From an uncultured Candidatus Saccharibacteria bacterium (GTDB lineage Bacteria > Patescibacteriota > Minisyncoccia > Phycocordibacterales > Phycocordibacteraceae), in assembly GCA_964518755.1 (NCBI GenBank), contig CAZFHH010000002.1, positions 6,796 to 60,419 of the forward strand: a stretch of 53,624 bases of DNA, read 5' to 3'. How positions within the stretch are numbered: position 1 is the stretch's first letter; each line of letters begins with the position of its first letter. A program made the translations under genes and the position numbers. Shown here in pieces: positions 29,824 to 38,336 of this stretch. The notes below the pieces were generated by a model. That model was not told the DNA's origin. It did not search any database and saw only the letters and a list, made by a program, of their open reading frames with translations.

Positions 29824-30139
29824 ATACCGGCGCCCGGGCAAGTTATCAATACGGAAATCTATCACCGAAAATGCAATGTGTATGAGTATTCGTTTCCATC
29901 AAACCAACACGTCCTAAAATGTCCTTTATGTATGCACTACCATACTTGCGTTTTAACTAAATGCACATTGTCAGCTGCCCAAGATTTGTACCCCCCCCCT
30001 CCCCCTCCAATCAATTGACCATATCATCATATTTTGATACACTTAACGACAGTGATGACGATGCTTGAGGCGCACACACCATACACACACAGATAGACCG
30101 TAAAACGGTTTTTTTGTGCATTTTGGTGTGTGGGGCTCG

Positions 30140-30148
30140 TTATCCACA
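30140..30148 (+). promoter_or_regulatory. consensus DnaA box TTATCCACA
   Basis: Exact match about 45 bp upstream of TATACT at 30191; further intergenic copies at 40812 and 44076. Confidence 0.45.
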
Positions 30149-30735
30149 TGTGTTACCTTGCAGAGGTTTTTCATTTATGTCACTTACCGCTATACTATAT
30201 ATTAGTCCCTGGTGGAAAGATGCGGGCGTAAAGAAATTTCTACAGGGGGGTGGTCTTTAACAAAACAAAAGAGTATTGCACACAACATATTTCGTCGCCC
30301 GCGAAAGAGTGTGCGATACATTTTATATAGCAACTTTAGACCGGTTGCAAAACGCGTCTTAACGGTCCTTGGATAGCATTCGTGAATGTAGCATTATATA
30401 TGTCACATTCTTTTATGCGTACACAAGGATACCGTGCGGTTTTTCTGTTATCGCGCAAGACGTGGTTACCTTATCAACAGAGGCAGTGTGAAAAGATACT
30501 TCAACAACGATTGCATGACGGCACGGATGGAAACCTTACCAGCTAACCCATGGAAAGCAGATCGATTCGCTCTCTGTGGGATTAGTGAATGGAAACATCA
30601 GAAACAAAACACAACACAAAACACATTGTGAAAACAATGTATTACCAATGTAAATAAATCTGTGTATGCGCACCACATTAATACCTTTAACAATTATCGG
30701 TGTCGCACACACGGTCTAAAAACTTAACAAAACAT

Positions 30736-33700
30736 ATGACTACTTCAGTAACTAACAATATGGTTGTAAAAGTTGTAGCGGCAGTTGCGGGAATCGCGAT
30801 GGTAGCTTCAATGGCGTTTGCATTTGCCCCTGCGGCAAAAGCGGAAACGACAGCACAGCTCCAAGCGCAAATCTCGTCACTCATGGCAACGATTCAATCA
30901 CTCCAAGCACAGCTCAGTACTGTGCAAGGAAGTTCTTCATCTGCAAGCACAAGTAACACAAGCACAGCCTATACTTTCACAAGAAATCTTACTATCGGAA
31001 GTAAAGGCGCTGACGTTACCGCTTTGCAGAATTATCTGACTACGGGCGGTTACTTCACCTATGCGGGTGGATCAACCGGATACTTCGGTCCCGTAACACG
31101 AAAGGCGGTCGCCGCATGGCAAGCAGCCAATGGCGTCACTCCGGCAGTCGGTTACTTCGGTCCGCTCTCTCGCGCTGAATACGCGAGTTTGACAGCGGCA
31201 ACAGCAACCAACACCGGCACAACAAGCACAACCGGAACTACAAGTACCACCGGCACAACCGGGACGGTAGCAACCGGCAACGGTCTGCAGGTAGCGCTTG
31301 CTGCGACGTCTCCAAGTAAAACAGCAATCGTTCAAGGACAGGGAATTGCAAACTTGGCTGAATTCACATTCACCAACCCAACATCCTCTGCCGTAGCGGT
31401 AAACAGTTTGTCATTCAAGCGCGTTGGTGTTTCCAATGACTCAACAATGACAAATGTATACCTCTATAACGGAGTAACGCCGATCACCGATTCAGCGGGT
31501 GTTACGAACTCACAATTCTCGTTTAACAACACAGCAGGAATCTTTACGGTACCTGCAGGTGGAAGTTACACGGTAACGGTGCGTTCTGATATCGCGGGGA
31601 ATACTGCTGGTCAGCAGATCGGTGTAGAGCTCACAGCGGTCGGTTCAAACGGTACGCTTGATTCAAGTGTTTCGCTTCCGATTATAAGTGGTCTGCAAGC
31701 GATTTCTTCAGCAACATTGGCAACGGTAGACTTCTCAGGAACAACACTTCCTACGACAAACGGAAGTGTGAACCCAACCAGCGACTATGTCGTATGGCAA
31801 AACAGTGTTTCAGTTTCCACCAATCCTGTGAAGCTTGAATCATTGACGTTCACAAACTTGGGCTCGGTAAGTAGCAACGCCTTGCAAAACATCCGCCTTT
31901 ATGTGGATGGTACGCAAGTCGGAAACTCACTTGCAAATCTTGGAACAAGTCGCACAATAACATTTAATCTTTCGGCAAATCCGGTAACTCTTTCAACGTC
32001 TAACCACATCATCAAGGTTGTGGCAAATGTTGTTGGTGGTTCCAGCCGAACATTTGAGTTGTCGTTGCAGCGTACATCAGCCTCAATGTTTGTAGACACG
32101 CAACTTGGTCAGCCGGTTGTTCCGACTGTGTCAGGTAATAGCTTCTCAGCAGTAAGCTCTGGAGTTCAGACTGTTGCATCAGTGAGTGCAACCAGTGGCG
32201 TATCTGTAAACAAGGCATCTGTCTCACCAACAAATGATCTTCCAGTTGGAGCAACAAACGTAAAACTTGCATCTTTTAACTTGCTTGCTTCCGGTGAGGC
32301 GGTAAAAGTGAATGACCTTTACGTGTACGCGGTAACATCACCAAATGCCGGTGGTCTTTCCAACGGTAAGATTATGGTAAATGGTGTACAGATTGGTTCA
32401 ACAAAAAACGTCGGTGAAGGGGTGGCAAATGCAACCGACTTTAACCTCGGCTCATCACTTATCATTCCTGCAGGCAAGACTATATCTGTTGATGTCTATG
32501 CAGATACCAAAACATCAACGTCAACGAATATTACAGGTACTATCCAGGTAGGACTGAAGGGAAGTGTGTCAAACGCACAAGGTCAGTCATCACTTAATTC
32601 CACGAATGTTCCATCAGCGAACATCACAGGGAATAGCTTGACTGTATCTGCAGCGACAATCGGTGTGTCATCATTCTCCGGTTATGGAAATCAAACCATG
32701 CTTCCGGGGACAAGTGATGCACTTCTCGGATCCTTCACGCTTTCAGCGGGTTCAACCGAGGGGGTAAATGTCAACACAATCGCACTTGATTTGGCAGGAA
32801 ATGGTGGAGTTACAAACTTGATGCTCAAGGATCACAACACTGGAGCACAGATTGGCTCAACCATTAACACGCCATCGGCAACAGGAAATACGTTCTCAAC
32901 GAACTTTACGATTCCTGCGTCAGGTACGAAGGTTGTTGATGTCTATGGAAACATTACGTCTTCAGCGACTACTGCAATTGCTGCAACAGTTCAAACTGCA
33001 ACATCCGGAACAGGATTGGTTACTAACAATTCTGTGAGTGTTTCCGGCTCTCAAGCATTGCAAACCATTACTGTTGGCTCAGGAAGTCTTACGGTCGCTC
33101 TTGGAGCAAGTAATCCTTCCAAGGCAAATGTGATTGCAGGTACAGCGGGTGTTCCTGTAGCGGACTATCAGTTCACTGCACAGAACACACCATATACAGT
33201 TCAGAAACTTGAGCTTACAGTTCCTGCTGCAAGCGCGGTTGACAGTGTGAATGTTAGTTACCCGACAAAGACAGGAACGGCAACTGCGGTAGCGTATCTT
33301 CAGGGAACAACGGCGACATTCTCAGGTCTTACAATGTACGTACCACAAAACGGCACGGCTGACTTGAACGTTTCTGTTAAAACACCAACTATTTCAGCTG
33401 GTGCAACCTCTGGAACTAAGATATCTACAACGCTTGCTACAACTGGATTCCAGGCAACTGACTCAGCAGGAAATCAGACCACCACGATTTCATCTGCTGT
33501 AAACAGTGTAAATGGATCGTATGGAGAAATGGTTCTTCGCAAGACAATCCCGACATTCGCCGGCTCAAGCTTCGCGTCTTCCATAAATCCTGCGGGCCAA
33601 GACCTTTACAAGTTCACAGTTTCTGCGGACTCTGCAGGTCAGGTGAGTGTTGACAAGCTATCGTTTAAGATTGCAACATCTTCTATCTCGACAACCTCTC

Positions 33701-34095
33701 CTTTTACGGCAACAGGCTTTACGCTTTATGACGTAACGAGTGGTTCAGCGGTAGCGGTAGTGGCATCAACAACACCAGTTGTAAATGCCAGTGGTGTCCT
33801 TTCATTTGTTCCTGCTACGCCGATTGAAGTTGGCGCCGACAGCACAAAGACGTTCACGCTTCGCGCGGGAACCATTAGTGGCTGGGCAGCAGGTGCAAGC
33901 ATCAGTGTGAATTTTGCTCCGGCAGATGCAGCGTATGCAACAAATGGTACGGCGTATTCTTCCGCCGCTGGTACTGGTAGCTATACATGGTCTGATGACT
34001 CAACGATTCCACACTCAGTAAATTCATCTGACTGGACAAACGGTTACCTTCTTAAGGACATGATTGATGGAACTTACAGTTACACACACTCATAA
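30736..34095 (+). CDS. large secreted S-layer-like protein with peptidoglycan-binding domain
   Basis: Signal peptide, LQAQISSLMATIQSLQAQL coil, PG_binding_1 pattern LTIGSKGADVTALQ..GYFGPVTRKAVAAWQ, then Ser/Thr-rich beta domains. Confidence 0.88.
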   Translation: MTTSVTNNMVVKVVAAVAGIAMVASMAFAFAPAAKAETTAQLQAQISSLMATIQSLQAQLSTVQGSSSSASTSNTSTAYTFTRNLTIGSKGADVTALQNYLTTGGYFTYAGGSTGYFGPVTRKAVAAWQAANGVTPAVGYFGPLSRAEYASLTAATATNTGTTSTTGTTSTTGTTGTVATGNGLQVALAATSPSKTAIVQGQGIANLAEFTFTNPTSSAVAVNSLSFKRVGVSNDSTMTNVYLYNGVTPITDSAGVTNSQFSFNNTAGIFTVPAGGSYTVTVRSDIAGNTAGQQIGVELTAVGSNGTLDSSVSLPIISGLQAISSATLATVDFSGTTLPTTNGSVNPTSDYVVWQNSVSVSTNPVKLESLTFTNLGSVSSNALQNIRLYVDGTQVGNSLANLGTSRTITFNLSANPVTLSTSNHIIKVVANVVGGSSRTFELSLQRTSASMFVDTQLGQPVVPTVSGNSFSAVSSGVQTVASVSATSGVSVNKASVSPTNDLPVGATNVKLASFNLLASGEAVKVNDLYVYAVTSPNAGGLSNGKIMVNGVQIGSTKNVGEGVANATDFNLGSSLIIPAGKTISVDVYADTKTSTSTNITGTIQVGLKGSVSNAQGQSSLNSTNVPSANITGNSLTVSAATIGVSSFSGYGNQTMLPGTSDALLGSFTLSAGSTEGVNVNTIALDLAGNGGVTNLMLKDHNTGAQIGSTINTPSATGNTFSTNFTIPASGTKVVDVYGNITSSATTAIAATVQTATSGTGLVTNNSVSVSGSQALQTITVGSGSLTVALGASNPSKANVIAGTAGVPVADYQFTAQNTPYTVQKLELTVPAASAVDSVNVSYPTKTGTATAVAYLQGTTATFSGLTMYVPQNGTADLNVSVKTPTISAGATSGTKISTTLATTGFQATDSAGNQTTTISSAVNSVNGSYGEMVLRKTIPTFAGSSFASSINPAGQDLYKFTVSADSAGQVSVDKLSFKIATSSISTTSPFTATGFTLYDVTSGSAVAVVASTTPVVNASGVLSFVPATPIEVGADSTKTFTLRAGTISGWAAGASISVNFAPADAAYATNGTAYSSAAGTGSYTWSDDSTIPHSVNSSDWTNGYLLKDMIDGTYSYTHS

Positions 34096-34177
34096 TCCAT
34101 AAGAAAGATTCTTTCTGTTGAAGTTAAACTTTAACAGCTTGAAAAAGTTCTTCGGAACTCCGGCTAGAAAATTGGTC

Positions 34178-34256
34178 TAGCAAAAAGAAAGAACCCCCTC
34201 ACGGGGGTTCTTTCTTTTTGCTACACAAAACCACCCCGAAGGGGTGGTTTTGTGTA
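34178..34256. terminator. two abutting palindromes, probable bidirectional terminators
   Basis: 21-bp arms with TCAC loop; 16-bp arms with GAA loop; A/T tracts in the arms. Confidence 0.85.
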
Positions 34257-34288
34257 CTTCGCTGTTATTGGGCGTGGATACAAACGTG

Positions 34289-34426
34289 GTTAATGGGGTC
34301 AGGAGCCATTTATTTATTTCACGAAAGGTCGGGCTTTCCATATACTGTTGGGAAAAATATCGGACATCCGATGTCCGATATTTAGATGTCCGATATTTAC
34401 TGTTAATGGCTCCTGACCCCATTAAC
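34289..34426. repeat. REP/REPIN-like element: 22-bp inverted repeats enclosing an internal palindrome
   Basis: GTTAATGGGGTCAGGAGCCATT (34289-34310) and its complement (34405-34426); internal AAATATCGGACATC-C-GATGTCCGATATTT with one arm duplicated. Confidence 0.8.
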
Positions 34427-34484
34427 TTTGCCATGGTGCGCATTCTTTGCAAAAAAGAGATCAGGGGGGGGTATACTAAAATAT

Positions 34485-34757
34485 ATGATAAATAATCTAT
34501 CTTTGGAAGAAATAACAAAAATGGGTCAAAAGTTTTATGTTGAAGAACTGAAGACGAATCTTGAGCGAAATCACATGGGAGAATATGTAGTTATTGACGT
34601 TAGTGAGAGAAAATATGAAATAGATGCGGACAGGCTGGTTGCGGTTGAAAAAGCAAGAAAAAAATATGGAGAGAAATTGTTTTATATAGTACAGATTGGC
34701 AATGACGCTATTCCATCCATTAACTACACTGAAAAGGAATATGCTTGGGACATTTGA
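34485..34757 (+). CDS. small protein resembling the DUF5678 family
   Basis: LERNHMGEYVVIDV..AVEKARKKYGEKLFYIVQIG; typical partner of retropepsin-like genes. Confidence 0.7.
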   Translation: MINNLSLEEITKMGQKFYVEELKTNLERNHMGEYVVIDVSERKYEIDADRLVAVEKARKKYGEKLFYIVQIGNDAIPSINYTEKEYAWDI

Positions 34758-35162
34758 TAACGACCAGCCGAAGATTGAAATTGAAATCACTGGTGCTACA
34801 GGACATTCAAAAAAGATAGAGGCCCTGGTTGATTCAGGATTTAATGGATACCTAATCTTCCCTACACCATAGCTTTCCCTCTTGGTTTAATTCTGATAGG
34901 TATACAATCAAGCACCCTTGCTAATGGAAAATCATCCTCATATTTCGTTTGCGTAGGTTCAATATGTGTTGATGGGAAATCGGTAAATACGACAATTGAT
35001 ATACAGCCCGAAGGCACAATTCTAATTGGAACCAAATTACTGAAAGAGCTGGGGAAAACTTTTGTGCTTGACTGCGCAAATGGGAAAGTGGAAATAACTG
35101 AAACAGAAAATAACAAATCTAATCCCGGTTCTAAAGTAAAGAAACACAAGCGGTACAGGTAG
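34741..35162 (+). pseudogene. clan AA (retropepsin-like) aspartic protease with a 1-nt frameshift near 34855
   Basis: Frame 1 gives MLGTFDN..EALVDSGFNGYL then stop; the -1 frame continues LPYTIAFPLGL..TLANG..ILIGTKLLK to TAG 35162. Confidence 0.85.
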
Positions 35163-35178
35163 CGGTTTATTAAAATTA

Positions 35179-35200
35179 TTAATGGCTCCTGACCCCATTA
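35179..35200 (+). repeat. 22-bp direct repeat of 34403-34424
   Basis: TTAATGGCTCCTGACCCCATTA, identical. Confidence 0.92.
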
Positions 35201-35276
35201 CCGCCTCAGGCTTTTTGCCCCCGTCATTTGTGGGGCGGGTCGTTTTATTTTTTCTGTGGTGTAATAAATAGACATC

Positions 35277-35318
35277 AATAAATTACAGTGGATTGTAAGT
35301 AATCCACTGTAATTTATT
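35277..35318. repeat. perfect palindrome, 18-bp arms
   Basis: AATAAATTACAGTGGATT-GTAAGT-AATCCACTGTAATTTATT. Confidence 0.92.
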
Positions 35319-35350
35319 TGCATCGTACACAATTGCCAGATATAGTATAT

Positions 35351-35968
35351 ATGTATACTTTAATCGTGCAACAATCTTTACATAAAACTCGGCGGGCGTT
35401 GGCAAAATGTATACCACCATCAAAGATGGTGTATCCGCAATCACTCTTAAACCGTACGAAATATATATTTTGGCGTGCTCTTACACCACTTTATCCATAT
35501 GTTCGTGATATTTTTACGGAGCTTGGAGTCATTCCACACAGCGGCCGCCAACCTTTTTTATTGGGCAGTATCGCTGAGAATATTTCTTTGGAGGGTTTCA
35601 TCCGTGAGCTTGTTAAAAAGGGGTACGGCAATCATTTTATAGCTTGGCGTGACAGCGACGAGCTTGTTGGGTTGCGCATTACAGATGGTTTCAAACATCA
35701 ATATCATCTGCGTGTATTCGCTGATGGTGCAGTACACGGACACTACGAATATACTCCCGAGGCGTACCCGCTTTTTCACTTGGGCGAAATAGGTTTCGAG
35801 AAGCGCAATGATGTTTTTTTAAGGCAGTTGGGTCCACTCATAATCCCAGCTACGGCAAAAGAAGTCGCAGTTTCGACTGATCTCTATTATTCGTATCGCC
35901 GGTTTCCAAATATTATAGAAAAAATATTACGCATGAAATGGCTATGGGCATCTCGCGCATGGAGGTAA
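35351..35968 (+). CDS. hypothetical protein
   Basis: 205-aa ORF with QYHLRVFADG..GHYEYTPE..H motif; start uncertain. Confidence 0.75.
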   Translation: MYTLIVQQSLHKTRRALAKCIPPSKMVYPQSLLNRTKYIFWRALTPLYPYVRDIFTELGVIPHSGRQPFLLGSIAENISLEGFIRELVKKGYGNHFIAWRDSDELVGLRITDGFKHQYHLRVFADGAVHGHYEYTPEAYPLFHLGEIGFEKRNDVFLRQLGPLIIPATAKEVAVSTDLYYSYRRFPNIIEKILRMKWLWASRAWR

Positions 35969-35994
35969 TAGTTGTTTAAGGTTAATTTTAGGAG

Positions 35995-36047
35995 GGCAAG
36001 ACGGGGATGTACCTGCTGTTTAACAGCAGGTACATCCCCGTCTTGCC
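35995..36047. repeat. perfect palindrome, 26-bp arms, 1-nt loop
   Basis: GGCAAGACGGGGATGTACCTGCTGTT-T-AACAGCAGGTACATCCCCGTCTTGCC. Confidence 0.96.
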
Positions 36048-36200
36048 AAGCTCGGTATCCACCACTGATGCGCGTGCCCATTGTGTGCGTATGTTATGCT
36101 ATATATCAGGCGTGCGATAGAGATGTTGTTGGCGCGTTTGCAGAGGGTGCGGAAATTCTTATTTCATTTATTCATCACTTTTAATTATAAACATTCTTAT

Positions 36201-37115
36201 ATGAAAATTATTACAACAACGGTTGTCGGCGTGCTTTTGGCCGCGATGCCATTTGCAGTTCCTGTGGTTTTTGCGCAAACAACAGGAACCGCAGCGGTGA
36301 CAGCGACTTCTGTGTCCCAATCGGTTTCCAGTATACAAGCAACACTTCAGGCGCAAATCGCGCAACTATTACAACAAATAAAAGCACTGCAGGTGCAAAT
36401 TACACAAATTAAAACTGTGCAAAAAACGATCGCAAAATCTTTTGCCGCTCTTCGTACCCAAATGCGTGTTGGTTCAAGAGGGAAGGGTGTGAGAGTTTTG
36501 CAAAAACTTCTTGCAAGCGACCCTTCAATTTATCCGCAGGGTCTTGTTACCGGATATTATGGGCGCTTGACGGAGGCAGCAGTAAAAAAGTTTCAAGAAA
36601 ACCATGGTATTTCTCCGGTGGGTCAAGTCGGTCCGGAAACTCGCATGCTCTTAAACTCATTCCTTAAGCGTGCAACAAGTACCATTCCGATGAATTTCTT
36701 GCGCGAGGTGGAGAGTGAGCGAGGAAGCGCTACAAGCACAAATCGTATGGTGATGATATGTCATCGCGCAGGGAATTCCGGCATGATGGTTTCCGAACGC
36801 ATCGCACGCAGGGCACTTTTCTTCCATGTAAGACGCGGTGATAGTGTTGGGGAGTGTGAGGGCGAGCGAAATGATAATCGAGGAGGGCGTGGCGATATGA
36901 GAGAGCGCATGGACAAGGGCATTACTACTTCGGCAGGTAATTTTGGTCGGGGATCAGTTAGCGGTGACGATTATAGAAGTGGTCTAGGTGAGCCTTCAGA
37001 AGACAGCAACATTACAACTTTTGGTTTTAGTAACGGATCGTTTGGCAACACCACTTCGTCGACTTCAGGCAAGCAAGATCAGGGCGATAACGGTCACAAG
37101 GAGGGAGATAATTAG
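36201..37115 (+). CDS. secreted peptidoglycan-binding domain protein
   Basis: Signal peptide, LQAQIAQLLQQI coil, VGSRGKGVRVLQ..TGYYGRLTEAAVKKFQ. Confidence 0.85.
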   Translation: MKIITTTVVGVLLAAMPFAVPVVFAQTTGTAAVTATSVSQSVSSIQATLQAQIAQLLQQIKALQVQITQIKTVQKTIAKSFAALRTQMRVGSRGKGVRVLQKLLASDPSIYPQGLVTGYYGRLTEAAVKKFQENHGISPVGQVGPETRMLLNSFLKRATSTIPMNFLREVESERGSATSTNRMVMICHRAGNSGMMVSERIARRALFFHVRRGDSVGECEGERNDNRGGRGDMRERMDKGITTSAGNFGRGSVSGDDYRSGLGEPSEDSNITTFGFSNGSFGNTTSSTSGKQDQGDNGHKEGDN

Positions 37116-37136
37116 TAGTTTGGTGTAGAGAAAATG

Positions 37137-37173
37137 ATAACCCCCGCGTGGACTTCGTCCACGCGGGGGTTAT
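37137..37173. repeat. perfect palindrome, 17-bp arms, abutting an extended -10
   Basis: ATAACCCCCGCGTGGAC-TTC-GTCCACGCGGGGGTTAT followed by GCTATGAT. Confidence 0.92.
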
Positions 37174-37189
37174 GCTATGATATCACCAT

Positions 37190-38020
37190 ATGCGCATATC
37201 AAAAAATAAAATAACCGGAGGAATATACGTTGTTGTGGGGGTTGTGATTATTATTTTCGCATTTCATTTGCCTTCAGGTTTTGGTGAGGGCTTTGCGGTG
37301 CGCGGTTTTTCGGCGACAGCAACTTCTACGGTGAAATCTTCGGCGGGGACATCGTCTGTTGCAACCACTTCATCAGTCACAGCCCCTGTGGCGGTGCGAA
37401 GCACCGCCACAGGGGCTGTGAAGTCATTCTCAATTGATCCGCGCGACATTAATTTTTCATGGGAGCTTTCGGGCACAGCACCAGCGTCAGTCATTGAAAA
37501 AGCCAAGAAGGAAATCAGCTCACTTACAAGTGAGCTTCATAAAGGAAAATATCCCGATTACGATATCTATCTTCAGCTCGGGCAAGAATACGAAATCCTT
37601 AACAAGGGCAAGCAAGCATATGAAAATTATCACACCGCAGCGTCGCTCTCGCCAAGCCGGGGTGTGGCGATGAGTAACATCGGCTCGCTCATGGCGCGCA
37701 TCGGTGCACTTCATACCGCGCAAAATGCCTATGCGCAGAGTGTCGCGCGACAGCCGGAGGTCTCTTTATTTTGGGTATTGTATCTTAAGTTTCTCGCGCA
37801 GTATGAAGCGCGCACAACGACAACTCCCGCAGTGTTTGCGCATGCGCGCAAGGCAACCAACAACAACGCAAATGTGCTTATTACAGAGGCACAATGGCTC
37901 GCCTCCATAGGGCGCAACAAAGATGCGATTTCCGATTGGAAAATTGTGCGCGCAAACGTGCCCGCACAACAGCAAAAAGCGATTGATGAACGTATCGCAA
38001 CCCTTGAATCTAAGATATAA
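37190..38020 (+). CDS. membrane-anchored TPR-repeat protein
   Basis: N-terminal TM, Ser/Thr linker, YLQLG..A..Y..A TPR patterns. Confidence 0.8.
   Translation: MRISKNKITGGIYVVVGVVIIIFAFHLPSGFGEGFAVRGFSATATSTVKSSAGTSSVATTSSVTAPVAVRSTATGAVKSFSIDPRDINFSWELSGTAPASVIEKAKKEISSLTSELHKGKYPDYDIYLQLGQEYEILNKGKQAYENYHTAASLSPSRGVAMSNIGSLMARIGALHTAQNAYAQSVARQPEVSLFWVLYLKFLAQYEARTTTTPAVFAHARKATNNNANVLITEAQWLASIGRNKDAISDWKIVRANVPAQQQKAIDERIATLESKI
37377..37421. repeat. 45-bp perfect palindrome inside CDS
   Basis: TCACAGCCCCTGTGGCGGTGC-GAA-GCACCGCCACAGGGGCTGTGA. Confidence 0.95.
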
Positions 38021-38038
38021 TGTATACTATATAAAACC

Positions 38039-38206
38039 ATGTCAGACGATATACAAAACATCGATACGCCCACACCACCATTGCCGGCGAACAATAAGCT
38101 ACCTCTTTCTTCGTATGTATTGGATTTCATAAAATATGTCAGTGGCTTTACCGTAATCATAATCATCGCCATCATTTTAATTCACACTGTAGCCAAATAC
38201 ACTTAA
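38039..38206 (+). CDS. 55-aa single-TM protein, absent from the ORF track
   Basis: MSDDIQ..YVSGFTVIIIIAIILIHTVAKYT*; -10-like box directly upstream. Confidence 0.6.
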   Translation: MSDDIQNIDTPTPPLPANNKLPLSSYVLDFIKYVSGFTVIIIIAIILIHTVAKYT

Positions 38207-38224
38207 AAGGGGTCTGACCCCTTT
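38206..38224. repeat. REP-like mini-palindrome AAAGGGGTC-T-GACCCCTTT
   Basis: Shares GGGGTC/GACCCC with the 34289 repeat family. Confidence 0.6.
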
Positions 38225-38336
38225 GTTTTCTTAAAAATGTGGTGTAATTTGTATGTAAGGCGGGGTTTTACAAAAATGGAGCGATGGGGATAACTTTCGT
38301 TTGTTTAATGTATTATTTGCTACACTGTAAGTATCT

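Larger units (their letters stand above)
28964..29929. repeat. cluster of AAGGACA motifs
   Basis: Copies at 28964, 29027, 29113, 29561, 29578, 29621, 29638 and inverted at 29920-29926. Confidence 0.85.

Noticed and set aside
29824-30735. Replication origin
   Set aside because: Only one perfect DnaA box, no dnaA/dnaN nearby, and most genes are on the plus strand on both sides; cannot be excluded without whole-genome skew.
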